Origin: Octopus vulgaris
Taxonomy: Eukaryota
Assembly (NCBI GenBank): GCA_951406725.2
Contig: OX597816.1
Location: 145,080,001 to 145,144,000, forward strand
Direction of reading: 5' to 3'
Length of the DNA: 64,000 nt
In this document: positions 40,788 to 54,674 of the stretch, piece by piece
How positions within the stretch are numbered: position 1 is the stretch's first letter
Layout: each line of letters begins with the position of its first letter
The notes under the pieces: generated by a model
Databases searched by the model: none
What the model saw: the letters and a program-made list of their open reading frames with translations, nothing else
Told to the model about the DNA's origin: nothing
Program-made: the position numbers and the translations under genes

Positions 40788-40790
<3 letters not shown>
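39960..40790 (-). mobile_element. Probable truncated Penelope-like element (pLTR with hammerhead, internal inverted duplication)
   Basis: Hammerhead motif at 40070-40114 and an inverted repeat at 40225-40432. There is a weak GIY-YIG C-terminus-like remnant (FDPDSNN..FLCTKSLYFIL) on the minus strand. The element ends at (TA)n at 40792. Confidence 0.45.
40070..40114 (-). ncRNA. Type-I hammerhead-like motif, variant core
   Basis: Minus strand: ggacca-CTGATGC-g-gtcac-aggagt-gtgac-GAAA-gaac-TC-tggcc. Stem II is a perfect 5 bp and stem I pairs cca/tgg. Position 9 is C rather than A. Confidence 0.55.
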
Positions 40791-40831
<41 letters not shown>

Positions 40832-40971
40832 ATGTGTGTGTGTGTGTGTATGTATATATATATGTGTATATATATACGTATATATATATATATATGAATG
40901 TATATATGTATATATATATGTGTATATATATATATGTATATATATGTGTATATATATATGTATGTATATGT

Positions 40972-41008
<37 letters not shown>

Positions 41009-42641
41009 GCTAAATGTAAATGCATCGCTGCATTGCTATTGCTACAGCCTTCCATGATGAGCCTTTTACAACACGTACATGCTTTGTTACCAACTTAGGT
41101 ATAAAAGTGGTCTTTTATTTTTGGTATATCTTCAGTTCTGGACGGGTATGCTAAAACATGTTTAATAGCACATAACTGATAGCAATTACCCTGTTGTTTA
41201 TAGAGTGAATCCATCATCCTTACAGTGGCTGTAGGCTCTTGAACGAGAGCAACCCGTATCAGAAAACCTGTTACCAGTTAAGGTCACGTGCATATCGTGT
41301 ATGTTGACGCTTTCCATTTTGTTTTCTCTTTCATTGTATAGCTCACCCTAGACCTAAACATTTCACTCGTAACATTAAATCTAACATTAAATAGAAAAAC
41401 TTATTTTAAAGCTCTTAATTTCTATTAAATTAATCATCTTACAAGACATTAAAAGTAGTTTAGCTTGTGGACGTGAGTTGAAATCCTGGGTCTGTCAACT
41501 GATGCATAAATTTAAAGATCACAAATACGAGAATAACTAACAGGAGAATATATGTGGTATTTGCACTGGAATGTAAAAAAATGATCTACTTCACTTGATT
41601 TAATAAAGGTTTGCTTCGAAATTTTGAGAACGATAAATTAAGTAAGAAACTTGAATAAGATCGGCGAGTATATCCGCCAAAACAATGTGATTATATCAAC
41701 TAAGATTCTTCTACATATTTCATTTTCCCTTGCAGCGATAACAAGGACACATATGTTGCTTGTGGTGATACAAGTTTTTGTGGAAGTTGAAGCTCTCCAG
41801 GGAACTGATATGAAACGTTTAACTTTGCTGTGACCCATAATAAATGATAATAGAACCAATGCGTATGTTAATCTATTGCATGAATGACATTCTTTTGTTA
41901 CATGAAGTAAATTACATCGCAAATATTGTTTATCACTAAGTACTATAATTTTGGCGTTGGAATTTGGCCCAAATTCTGAGACATTGAACATTTATTGTAT
42001 TCTAAGTTCACATTCAACAATATATTACTCGTTCCAAATAATATATATGGCTAGTGTAAGGATGATAAGCAACATCACAGTAACATTTACTACTCTAGCT
42101 ATAGTTTCCACAACGATTACTGATGATTTATTAAACTTTTTCCCGACATTTATCAAATAGCTTCGTGAAAATTGCTTTAAATGTGAAATGAGCCTCCTGA
42201 GAGTTTTCTTGTATATACGAGGAAAGGAAATGCTGCCAACATTTTGATTTTCAAGGAGAGAGAAGCGAAGAAAAAGTTTCATTTTTTTTTAAGACAAAAA
42301 GAATGTTGTTCTAGTAGTTAACCTATGTCATGCATTTCTATTGATTTCTTCTTGCTGAAATATTTCCAGAATTAGAAGTGAATGAATGTAAGACTGCTAA
42401 TAAATATTCCTGTTTCTTATGAGTGTCGCATTGTGATATAAGAGCAAACTTTCGACCAAATCGAGTTCATGCTTCTGATTTGATAAGTGGCTAAAATACT
42501 TTCACCTATTTTCACGTTTATGGTATACGAATATTTCAACACGCGAGCTTGATCTTTGCTGCAAAAGTCAAAATATCATACTTAATCAAAACACAACACT
42601 TGTAACATTACGTAATTTGATTTTATTATTCATAAACGAGA

Positions 42642-42858
42642 GACGGCGAGCTGGCAGAATCGTTAACACGTCGGACAAAATGCTTAGTCGTATTTCGTTC
42701 GTTTTTACGTACTGAGTTCATATTCTAGTGAGGTTGACTTTGTCTTTCATCTTTCGGAATCGATAAAATAAGTACCAGCTAAGTACTGGAGTCGATATAG
42801 CCAACCTATCCCGTTTCCTGAAATTGCGACCCTTATGCCAAAATTTGAAATCATTATT
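42642..42858 (+). mobile_element. SINE family A (older copy)
   Basis: GACGGCGAGCTGGCAGAATCGTTAACACG..CTGAGTTCA..GATAAAATAAGTACCAG. Confidence 0.85.
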
Positions 42859-44282
42859 CATATAAGAAAGCGATTTATGTGCTGTTATAAGAATGATAAA
42901 GTTGTAGTAAATCATTTTTAAAGTAAGCATATAACCCGTGTACAAGTATGCTATTGGTATGGAGGAAAGACTATGAATGTGAAACCTTTGATATGCGGAT
43001 GTTGATGATGTAGTTTGCATAGTCATAGTGTTGCCTATCAGTACACCCAAATCTATCCTGTTCGAAAACCCTACACTAAAGAGCTGAATGAAGCTGAGGA
43101 AACTGAGCCATTATGACTTCCAACCAGCAAGTCATTTAAAATATTTCATTTCTGATTGGAAAATACAATGTCTTGTAGATTTTGCATATGACAGTGTTTA
43201 AAAGGAATATTGTAAACTATAAAATGGTATGGATATCATGGAATATCACTTTCCCGTACAAATGTAACTGATAACGTGCACCTACAAAATAATACAACAT
43301 AGTGGGCCTTTATTATCTACGTACAATTTTCGTCAAAAGACACACACTTCATCACATTTCCTTCTTTGCCAAAATGTTAGTCTTAGTTCAATGGAAGGTT
43401 GATATTATCAAATAACTTCCAAAAGAATCGTGATTTAACTGATTAGTCCGCAGACATATAGTCAGAAATGTTGACTCGAGCCAACTAAGAGACGACACAA
43501 TTACTTAGATTACTAATAAGTGTTCTCAAACTATCTGTAGAATCAATATTGGCATTCACTCTAAGAATTCTATCAAACTGTCTACAATGGCCATATGAAT
43601 GAACCTGTGACAAAGAAAATATAAAATAAGCAACAAAAATATTATTCCATTGTTTGCAGTATTGAAATCGAAGTGAAAACTGTCAGAAAATTCCTTTAGT
43701 TCCTTTACCTTGAATAGAAGCGACTTTGGACGTTTATAATTACTTGCACTATCGAGAGATTCACAAAATTCTTGAGAACAACTAGTTTCTATAATACAAA
43801 TATATAAGCGCCGTCACAATGATTATTAGTGATTGAATTCACACAGGAATGAACTACGCGCTATTTAAAAAGTCGTGTGAGAATCTTGGAGCAGTTCATA
43901 TGGCATTCAATATGAAAAGGAACAAGTCTAAACTGTCAAATCTATTTGAATATTTTTTTTAATTGCGTATAAGTGAAATACTTTTACTTTATTAGTGAAA
44001 AGTAAGGATTCGTAACGTTTCAAATTATGTATTCACCGGATAATGGCATTTATTCGCTTGTCAACGAAATAATAGTATGTGATGAATAATACATCGGGTA
44101 CAATTTTAATGACTGTACTTTCTATAACTGCTATATAATTGCGCGTTTCACTTGATTATTTTGGTCTTCTATATATTTGAACCGAAGTCGCTGCATGACA
44201 TATAATATAAATATTTACCTTCACTTTCTCTGTCTGTCTCTCTGTCTCCCTCCACCCCTCTCTCTGTCTGTCTGCCTGACTG

Positions 44283-44354
<72 letters not shown>

Positions 44355-45047
44355 CTGGAATATCTCCCGATAATTTTGTGACTTGCAATCCGTCTATGCC
44401 TTGTCACTGTTATTTATTTATTAGTTTGATTTCGCTTATTGATTACATCTACATTCTCGTCTCAGAGGGCAATTCAGTACCTTTACTCGAAGAATAATTC
44501 AGCAGAGTTTGGACATTATGGAATTAGATATATGTGCATATTCATTTAAACTATATTCGATAATGCTTTTACAGTGCTAGTGCTAGAGTCAATATATTGT
44601 ATATTTGACTGAACTGAGGAAATTTGTAATTTGGATTTGGAGAAAAATACTCAACACCACTTGTAAGTTCAACAATAACAGGGACAGGTTCTATATTAGA
44701 TGGGAAGATAAATGTAGACGGGTAGAGTCAAAGTAGAGTGTCTGTGAATGCCTCATGGTATTTTTCGTACAAGACCTATTAATCAATAAGGGAGAAATGA
44801 GTATATCATGTATGTATTCGGTGGTAAAACATAATATTTGATGAAAATGCCATGAGTATACAGCTGTTCTATCTGAACTAGATTAACGTAACTAAGCAGA
44901 AACCTTCAAAGGAAACATCTTTTCAGGAAAATATGCCTTAGTACATATTTGACAAGCCAGCATGTGCTAAAATCATTGGCAAGGAGAATATCTTTCCTTG
45001 AACCTGTGAAATATTTATTACACGTCACCTGGTCTGTTGTTTGCCTG

Positions 45048-45790
45048 TTGTCTGCAAAGTTCAGACAACTGGCAGGATGGATACTGAGGTCCTTAATGAC
45101 AAGAGACCAAGAAACTATGCTGACCCTGTAGAGAACCTTTGTTCTTAACTGCCTGGGCTACTGCTCCCAGTTTTGGTCACCATATAGCGCCAAACTAACA
45201 GCAGAGCTTGAAGCAGTCCAACACCACTACACTAAAAAGAGTTAAACGGTGCTGCCGATAAGCTACAAGGATAGGCTGAGAAAACTACAGCTTTACTCCC
45301 TGGAGCGAAGGCGTGAAAGATATGCAATAATATACATATGAAAAATCCTAGAAGGGCTAGTACTTAACTTTGGCATTGAGTGTTATACAGATGCTAGAAC
45401 TGGCCGCCATTGTATTGTACCAAAGGTGCCATCTACTCCATCGAAATTCAGGACCAAGTACTGCAATAGCCTAGGGTCCCAAGGCCCACAGCTCTTCAAT
45501 GTCCTGTCACAAAAATTAAGAAATTTGCATAAAGTGGAAGTAGATGTCTTCAAAAAGGAACTAGACATCTACTTCTCCACAATACCGGATGAACTGACAG
45601 CCCGGCATGAGGTACAGACGAGAGCAGCGGAATCAAACTCCCTTATACACCAAATGTACCAACAGCTGGGACAACGGCTCATACAGGGGTGTTGATGTGA
45701 ACACCCGGACTGAGTAAGTCAGAAAGACCATGGTAGTGCTCCAGCATGTCCAAGGATGCATAGCTGAAACGATTAAAAGAATAAAAGAGT
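45048..45790 (+). mobile_element. CR1/L2-group LINE, 5'-truncated 3' end
   Basis: Peptide remnants GWILRS..YCSQFWSP..LEAVQ..SYKDRLRKLQLYSLERRRERY..KILEGLV..GPQLFNVL..FKKELD..IPDE..AAESNSL, and a tail ending TAAAAGAATAAAAGAG. Confidence 0.92.
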
Positions 45791-45827
45791 TACATATGCT
45801 TGCATGTATGTATGTATGTATGTATGT

Positions 45828-46097
45828 ATGGATTGTTCCAGATGTTTTGATCGACCGAGAAGACTGCTCGTAAAATTAACTTGCATGTGTCTGACCACTC
45901 CCGGGACAAGCGAACGTATGACAGGAGTATGACGAGACTGGCCTGTTGAATTACAGGTACAGCTCCTTTTTGACAACTGAGTGTTCTGCAGCAAGGAGAA
46001 ATAGTCTTGCCCAAGAATACAATTCGCCGCCAGGAACGAACTTACAAACCTATGGTCATGAATTGAATACCCTAGACACTAAATCACGAACCTTCAC
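45828..46097 (-). mobile_element. SINE with a family C-like head (diverged)
   Basis: TCTTGCCCAAGAATACAA..CAGGAACGAAC..ACCCTAGACACTAAATCACG resembles 33650-33750. Confidence 0.55.
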
Positions 46098-47397
46098 ACA
46101 CACACACGCACACACAGTGATATGTGTGTGTTTGTGTGTATATGCGTGTTTGTATCTGAGAGAATGTGTATCGTGTATGTATGCGTGTGCGTGTGTATTT
46201 GCGTGTGTACATGAGAGACTTTGTATGCTTGGTGTACGTTCGTATGCGTGTGCGTGCATTTGTGTGTCGTGGATAGCTTCAACTCACTGTTGTATAACAA
46301 CAACAGATCCGTCATACTTACTGTGAATGAAAATTCATGACTATCCACTCGATGTGCCCCATCGAAGCAACGATAATTGCAGCTAGTTTATTTTCTTCCT
46401 TCAATTTTATATATTTTCCTCTCTAATGTCCAGTAGAAATAACCAGAAGCTTATTTTCTTTCTTATTACGGGATTATATCTTAAGGTAGGGGAATTAAAG
46501 GCTTTACTACTTAATAGCAAAGAAAAGAGCAATCTTTTCGTTTAAAAAACACATTATATCGCTTTTTCTTTCATATGCACACAAACGCACGCACACACAC
46601 ACACATACAAATATATATGTATGTGTGTGTATTTGCGTGTGTGTGTGCGCGCGTATGTGCGTATACATAGGTATATAAGGATATATATATATATACATAC
46701 ACACATGTATATATATGTATATATATATACACGCACACACACATATATATATGTGCACAGATATGTACACATATAGCATTAAGGCCTCTCCTGGTCGATA
46801 TTGTTTTCGATATTGTAGGAAAGAAGTCCTGTCTTTTATATGCAAAGATAATATGAGGCGTTTGTATACCTCCACATACCGCAACTACGTACCGTCGTAC
46901 ATGCAGAGACAGGTATATATCAAACGTACAACCTCACATACATATGATAAAATATGCATGACATTTTTTTCTGTTTCCTGGAATATTTTTTCCCTTTACT
47001 TATTATAAGATTACTGCTAGAAAATGTATTTCGAGCGACAAATAAATAGAGGATTAAAAACTGCTCTAAAATATAAGTTGTAGGAAAGGTTTCCCCTAGC
47101 CACAATTGGTTACTTATTCTTGCTTTATCGAACTATGTTTACTGTTCCAATACCGTAATCTTCTTAGGTACCAATTAATTCCAACGTTATTGACCCGGAC
47201 AGATCTAGTAAGTGAGTGGTGTGTGTCTAAATACTTTAGTATTTATTTAATTTGTATTTTTAGATTTTGTGGAATAAGTAGATAATTGTAATTTATGAGT
47301 TGTGAATAACCTGTGATAATTATAGTAGAAGGAATAATAACGATATTAATAATGATGATGATGATGATGATGATGATGCCGATGATGATACAAACTG

Positions 47398-47443
<46 letters not shown>

Positions 47444-47468
47444 AACTACTACTACTAATAATAATAAC

Positions 47469-47502
<34 letters not shown>

Positions 47503-49397
47503 TAGTTTTAAATTAAGAGTGGTAAAAACTGCAATGTCTTATTAAGTGTCCAATGAGCTGCGTCAGTCATGGTGCTCTGTTGACTCTAATTGATTTGCAC
47601 CGCTTAAGGCCTAAGAGAAAATAGTAGCGTCCTACCTATCATTTTTCGTTTGTTCAAAGAAAAGTTTATTTATCGATAAATGAATATTTTCTAGGATAAG
47701 ACTGTTAATGGATGTGGCTTCCACTGTTGTGCTTCCATTGTTAGTGTTAATATATTGAGCAAAGTAGCAAGTAAACGCCATCATAAAAAGAAAAAAAAGA
47801 ATATTAGTTAGTTATTGTCATTATTCTGATTCTCTTGGAAATTAGGGGCGGCAACCTAGTCAGATTCCTGTCTTATTAACCCCTTTTTAAGTGAGCATAT
47901 ACGTCAATGTACTAGCCGGAATTAGTAAGTTGAAAATCACTAAGTAAATATATACATGAATGTATAATTGCTGACGTAGAGACTTAAAAATATGCTACAT
48001 TGTTCTAAGATGATATCTCATGAGTCTTAAGATATTTGATACAGTGAACATCAGCATACTTTTTCTTGAATATTGAGCAGTAAGCAATCACGAAGTATTA
48101 TTGAAAAATATTTTGATGCTTGTAAATTTACGTAGAGTTTCTCTTAGTACTGCTTCGTCAGTTACTGTGAAATCTATTCTCTACTGATCAGGTCAAATAA
48201 GAATTAAAATGTTCGATGTGGTATCCTTCGTTTGCTGAAGTAAAAAATATAACTTTAATCAACATTTTATATTATTTTTATCCCTGAACTAAACTTTGCT
48301 TGCACATTTCTTTGATACTCAGTTTAACTATTGTCTTTTGTCACAAGGAAGACACGAGTTATTTTTTCCGTGAATACATCTATTGTTTAATTTAGTTTGA
48401 TTAAGTTTCCGAAATGAAGCTGCATCATTGATGATTTTTCTTAGTCGATCAATAAGTACCAGTAATATATTGAGTTTAATTCAATCAACTCTTCTTGATA
48501 TATGTTGTTAACGATAAACTTCAGACTTATGGCTATGTGAGATAACAATATAAATGTAAAGATATTATTGATTACATTAGAACTAAGTTCTCTTGGAGAC
48601 AAATTCGTGACTCGATTTCATTAAACACTGATTCTAGTTCATTTCGTTTACGCCGCTAATGTACTTGATAAAGCAATGAATGTTTGAAATTACCATTTTT
48701 TTCATTGTCAATTTCCAAAACTTGTCGTTACGCACGAAATAGATATTTGGTTGTAATCTCTGTAAACTATATGTGTAACTGTACGTTTAAGTTCATAAAT
48801 GAGATTCGATTTTTTGATATATTTATAGTTTCGTTTCTAATAGGAGAGTATAAATTACTGGCGGTATAGATTTCCTTGCAAACAACCAAAACATTGACAG
48901 GTTATATAATTTAAAAAATAACGCTCCCATGCGAATTAATACTAAAAAATCTAAAGCAGCTATGCAAGAAAACTTCAGCTTTTAACACTTATACATAGAC
49001 GTTGCGTTACGTTCTGCTATGCGCTTAGCTGCACATAACATTGGCTTCATCGGCACAATGACCTTAAATACAAGCTGAAGTTACCGACAATGTTGTAGGA
49101 CGAAAACATACCAGTGGTTAAGTGAGGTAGGATAAGTTAACGTGCGATTACTAATGTGGCCGACGGGAGCAAATATATCATATATCATTCTTCTACATCC
49201 AATGGACATGTCTGACATCAATAATTATTGTATATGTTTCAGAGTCAATGAAAATATCTTAATGAAATTGTATGCCAAGTTAGCATATCACGACAAATCA
49301 ATAGATATGTTACATATGTCGGATTATTTCGAATGTATTATTTAACATGATCTGTTTCGTCTCCCATATCACAGACTTGCTCTAAAATCAATTGAAG

Positions 49398-50438
49398 ACA
49401 ACTAAGGGCCTCTCGCTCAGGATGAAAGGTAGGCTGAATGATGCATGTATGTGAACCGCCATGCTACACGGGTCATGACTGCTGAGGAATGCGTAGGCTT
49501 GAAAGAAATGAAGCTACAGTAGTATGATCCGCTGGAAGTGTAATGTCAGTGTGGATAAACCACAGAGTGTAAGCGCCCTGAAAGAAAAGTTGGGCATAAG
49601 AAGTATTAAATGTGGTGTGAAAGAGAGACGACCGCGCTGGCATAGTCATGTGTTACATATGGATGAGGATGACTGTGTGAGTAAGTGCCACTCCCTCACT
49701 GTGGTAGGTACCTGTGAAAGAGGTAGACCCAGGAAGACATATGACAAGATGGTGAAGCATGACCTTCGAACATTGTAACTCACAGAGGCAATGACAGGAG
49801 ACCGAGACCTTTGGAGATATACTGTGATTAAGAAGACTCGGCAACTAAAGTAAGATCACAGCCATGGCCGATGCTAGTGTTGCATGTGCGACCCGTTTAA
49901 GTGTACTCCTAATGCGTCGGGCGATATTATATGCTTGAGAAGACCTGTTGAGTCAAATAAAACCAAAATCATAGCTGTGGCCAGTGACCCCTGACTGGCT
50001 CCCGTTTATTGTGGCACGTAAAATGCATCGTCCGAAGTGATTGATGCCAGTGTTTTCTGACTGGCTCCCGTGCCGGTAGCACGTAAAACGCAACATCCGA
50101 ACATGGTTGATGCAAGGTCCGCCTGACTGGCACGTAAAATGCACCATACGAACGTGGCCGATGGCAGTACCCTTGACTGGCTCCCGTGCCGGTGGCACGA
50201 AAACAGCATATCCGAAAGTGATCTATGCTAGGTCATCTGACTGGCTCCTGTGCCGGTTGCACGTAAAAAGAACCCACTACACACTCGAAGTAGATGGCGT
50301 TAGGAAGGGCATCCAGCTGTAAAAACATTGCTAGATCAAATTGGAGCCTGGTGCAGCCGCTGTCTCTCCAGACCTCAGTTAAACAGTTCAACCCATGCCA
50401 GCATGGAAAACGGACTTTAACGATGATGATGATGATGA
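49398..50438 (+). mobile_element. RTE-clade LINE, 5'-truncated, with 3' UTR and (GAT)n tail
   Basis: KGLSLRMKGRL..LERNEA..MIRWKCNVS..LKEKLGIRSI..RW.SHVLHM..RGRPRKTY (RTE C-terminal motif), with the end at ..CCATGCCAGCATGGAAAACGGAC..(GAT)n. Confidence 0.92.
49991..50269 (+). repeat. Five ~55-67 bp tandem units in the RTE 3' UTR
   Basis: The core CTGACTGGCTCCCGTGCCGGTGGCACGTAAAA recurs 5 times; one copy is internally deleted. Confidence 0.9.
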
Positions 50439-51197
50439 CAGTGCATACAATAACAAGTTGATTACTTTCAATGAACACAATGTGTTTCCCAAAAGCCATA
50501 TGCACTTTCTTGAAAAATCTGAAAGAAAAAATAAAAAGTAGAGAGGAAACGTTGATTTGAAATGAGCTCCTTTGGCATTATATATCCTGTTTTGAGTGAA
50601 TTAAAATTGTTGAGACCAGCGCATAAGAAACAAATTAATACAATGTAAATTAACAAAAATGGTAATCAATTATATTATGCCTCCTTTGGGTCACATTTGA
50701 GCTGCACCTCTATATGACATAGGTTTGCGATAATGCGAGTTAACTGTCTTCTTGAATGGCTCACCCCCAAACCCCCCAACAAATTGCATAGTAGATACCA
50801 CACTCATTCAACAGATTTCCTAACAGGTTGTTCAACTGTATCTTCATATTTTCCAATTTAGTTCAAAAAAGTTCGTCGTAGTATCTAAAGCGTCAGATTT
50901 CATCCTTTGTCAAATGTACTTCAACTTTCTGAGTTTAAACCCTACAAAAATCTTTCACTTTCTTAGAGCTTATTAAACGCAGCCCAAATAAGAGTTGTCT
51001 GTAATGCTTTCGTGTTCAGTGGATTAAAATAAATAAATAAATAAACAAATAAAATCAATGTTGGTCCTGAATTTTTCTGTTTTTATTTTAGTTTTCATGG
51101 AGACAGCTTAATTTTTATTGAGTTACACTCATTTATTACAGATACACACCTTTACCTCACCTGAGAAATTATTGTTTTCAAAACAGGGCACTTTGAA

Positions 51198-51597
51198 GGC
51201 GGCGATCTGGCAGAAACGTTAGCACGCCGGGCGAAATGCTTAGCGGTATTTCATCTGCCGTTACGTCCTGAGTTCAAATTCCGCCGCGGTCTACTTTGCC
51301 TTTCATCCTTCCGGGGTCGATAAATTAAGTACCAGTTACGCACTAGGGTCGATATAATCGACTTAATCCGTTAGTCTGTCCTTGTTTGCCCTCTCTGTGT
51401 TTAGCCCCTTGCGGGTAGTAAAGAAATAGGTATTTCGTCTGTTTTACGTTCTGAGTTCAAATTCCGCCGAGGTCAACTTTGCTTTTCATCCTTCCGGGGT
51501 CGATAAATTAAGTACCAATTGCGTACTGGGGTCGATCTAATCGACTGGCCCGTCCTCCCCAGAAATTTCAGGCTTTGTTCCTAGAGTAGAAAGTAAT
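51198..51597 (+). mobile_element. Dimeric family A SINE (full unit with tail 1, then headless unit with tail 2)
   Basis: GTATTTC.TCTG..TACGT.CTGAGTTCAAATTCCGCCG..GGGGTCGATAAATTAAGTACCA occurs at ~51247 and again at ~51430, with different tails. Confidence 0.92.
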
Positions 51598-54500
51598 ATA
51601 GGGCACTTTAGCTAAGTATATGATCAAATGTATTCCAACTATGATAAAAATGCTCGTTTCTATTCATTGGGACATTTTATTCAACATATAAAACCATTTC
51701 TTTTAAGAGTGTAGGGTGATATATCAAAGCTATTTCTATTCTGTCGGAATGCAATTTGAGGCTTCTCAGTTTGCTAATTTCTCTTAGGTAAAGAAATGAC
51801 CACACTTGGATTTGAACAGACAAAATATAACGAAAACGGGTATCATGCAAGTTATTTAGATATAAATAATATTTATTTGGTTGAAAAAACTTTACATATT
51901 CTGGCAGATAGAAGCAAAAGCTAGATGTTAGAAAGGCATAAGGTGAAATTAAATTATATCGGCTGGAAATTGATAGAGAGGATAACTTGTTTTGTGTTTC
52001 ATAGTATTTACCATATTCTTTTATGGAATGTTTGGTAGAATGCACAGCATACAGAATTCGTTGTAATATAAGATTTATATGAGTAAGGCAAGTTATCGTA
52101 AAGTTATCTTCCTGAAGCTCTCGAGACTTAACGAACTCGAATAAAAGCATGAAATTTAACATGAAATTTATCAATAGAAAGAACGATACAGAATAAACAA
52201 TTAGAATAAATCTAATAGATTATATATTTAAAAACACTACATTTATTACAAATTCAAACCACCTATCTAACATCTCCAACAATGTAACTAAAAGTGTTAA
52301 ATTAAATGCAAGGTTATAACTAGTTCAAATTTGCATTACATTTGAACTGATAACAAATTCATTCACTGTCTTTTATCACAGAAAACGCACTGTAGACAAA
52401 TGGTGTAGATACACCAAAATTAGATCGCAGAGCCACCTACCCAGACTGTAAGATCCAAACATTTCGCCGTGTCATCTCCTCTTCAATCGCAGAAACTGGA
52501 TAGGGTGCACTGTGAGCTGATAAGAGAGATTTTCTGTCTTATATTCCAGTCATCGTACAATGACTCATAGCGCTAATCGGAGGCTCATCCTAAATAAAGG
52601 ACCCGGGCTGAAGAGGAGATAACCACTCCGAAATGCTTGCATCTCACAGTCTGGGTTGGCGGCACTGCGAGCTGACTTATTTATACCATTTATACCAAAT
52701 GTCTATAGCGAGAATTTTTTCCATGACAAAACACAATGAATGGCTTTCTTACGAGATCAAACGTGCTCCAGTCATATTTGAACTGGTAATAACCTTGCAT
52801 TTATATATATCGCTGCTTAGCGTTGCCACCTCGTAATTCGTTAAATTAAAGTTTACACCGAGTATACATGCTCGTCATTCGAGCTTATCACGATTTCACG
52901 ACGTTTAAGTAACTGTAAATAAAAAACATTTCCCTACTGAAATGGACACTCGTCCATCGTAGTTTTAAAGTCCAATTACTGGTATTCATTTTCAACAGAG
53001 TGTATAAAAGCAGTGTGAAATGTACTATTCTCTAGGACACATCACATTTTCCCAGGCCAACAATGAGACTCATGATCATTAAGCTGCTCTGTCAACCTCT
53101 GGGCTCACTACGTCACCGCTGAAAGTGAGTAAATAAAATTCATATAATATTTTCACACATAATAATATTTAAGAGTGAAACCACTCACCAAGGTAAAATA
53201 GTGATTTGAAATAATAACTGGACTCAAGGGAAAGCAAACTAAAATATACAAAAGAAGAAAACACACAAAGAAATTTTAGAGTAACCTAAATGAAATTTTG
53301 CTTTGCCATTTTTCAACAGTAACTTGGTCTGTCATATAGAATTATATTTAATTTTTTAAAAATTATAAAGAATTATATTTAATTTCAAAAGAATCCCACA
53401 AGAAACAATCTACATAAGCTATCTAATAGACTCAAAACCCAATGGGTTTCAGTTGTTTTTCTAGCTTCAGCAACATTATAGCAAATAGTAAGCACGACAA
53501 ACCACAGCATATTTACAGTAACGACGTACATTATCTTTCCTTAATCGATTCAATGGCAGGAAGGTAAGGTAATAACTCAGTATAATGACTTGCAAGACAG
53601 CTAACGAAATAACCAGCAATACAAGTGTAATAATAATAATTTGTTTCTTATTAGCCGTCAATATCATATAGAAATGATTGTTTCCTGTTTTTTATTCCTT
53701 CCTTTTTGCCTTGTTCTCTTTCTGCAAATATTCCTTCACTTATTACCTCCTTAAAGTGTGCTTCTTCTTTTCGTGTTAGACAATAGCATAGGCTTGTCTT
53801 CTCCAGTTTTACTAACTCTCCAACATTCATTAACTTCTTTCGTACTGCTATTCTTTTCCAGTATAACTGACCTATATCAGATTAGGGTGCATGCTTCTGT
53901 ACATCGCGAACTGCTTTCTTGTTTTCCTGTCGATGTCTTTAAGCTCAGTCGTTCTCCTACCCAATAATTCCTGCTCCATAGCATATAGGTAACACTGCTG
54001 AAGATTGATGGCTTGTATTCCATTTGAATGTTAATATCTTATTCATTCAGCGAAATTATAATTTGCGTTCAGTGGTCTTCATTTCTATATTTTTGATTTT
54101 GTCATTTTCCAGTATTCACAGGTGTTTATGCCCCTTCATCGTTAAAGGACTGTATATTTGCATTATTAAGTATGTCTATCCTAACATTTTTAACGGGTTT
54201 CTGCTGCTTCATCTATTTCATTGTATATTTTTCGATTTGTAAAACCATTCTAGAGTTGTTACTAAATATTCTTACAATTAGCAATGACAATCCCAGTGGG
54301 ATTTTGTTTTGTCATGAAGCTTTAAATAATGAATAAGTAGATCTTTCATTATCCCCACTATTCTTTTCCAATAATAATCATACCTTAGCTTTCGTTAGTG
54401 TGAGCAATAAGAGGGCTGGGTGTGAGAGACGTCGCCTTGAAGGCTCTTACTTCTCATCTGTATGTCTGTTAATTTTCTCTTCCTGATGTTAACCGTACTC

Positions 54501-54674
54501 TCTTTTGAAGCATATTCTAACAGACGTCTACCATCATTTAATGTTCTCGAGAACTCTAGGCATCACTTAATCCACGTGTATTTGACTTCACCGTACGGTT
54601 TTTTACAATCGACTCACACGGTGCATAAACCTACCAACTCTTAGTTTGTCTTTAAAACTAGAGAGAAGTTCTAA

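Noticed and set aside
49991-50269. CRISPR-like palindromic repeats with spacers
   Set aside because: The intervening segments are homologous to each other and the array lies within an RTE 3' UTR.
51677-52174. 165-aa minus-strand ORF
   Set aside because: It has a non-ATG start, an AT-rich composition and no recognisable domain.
53700-54450. AP-endonuclease remnant of a LINE
   Set aside because: The motif-like fragments are weak and not in the expected order.
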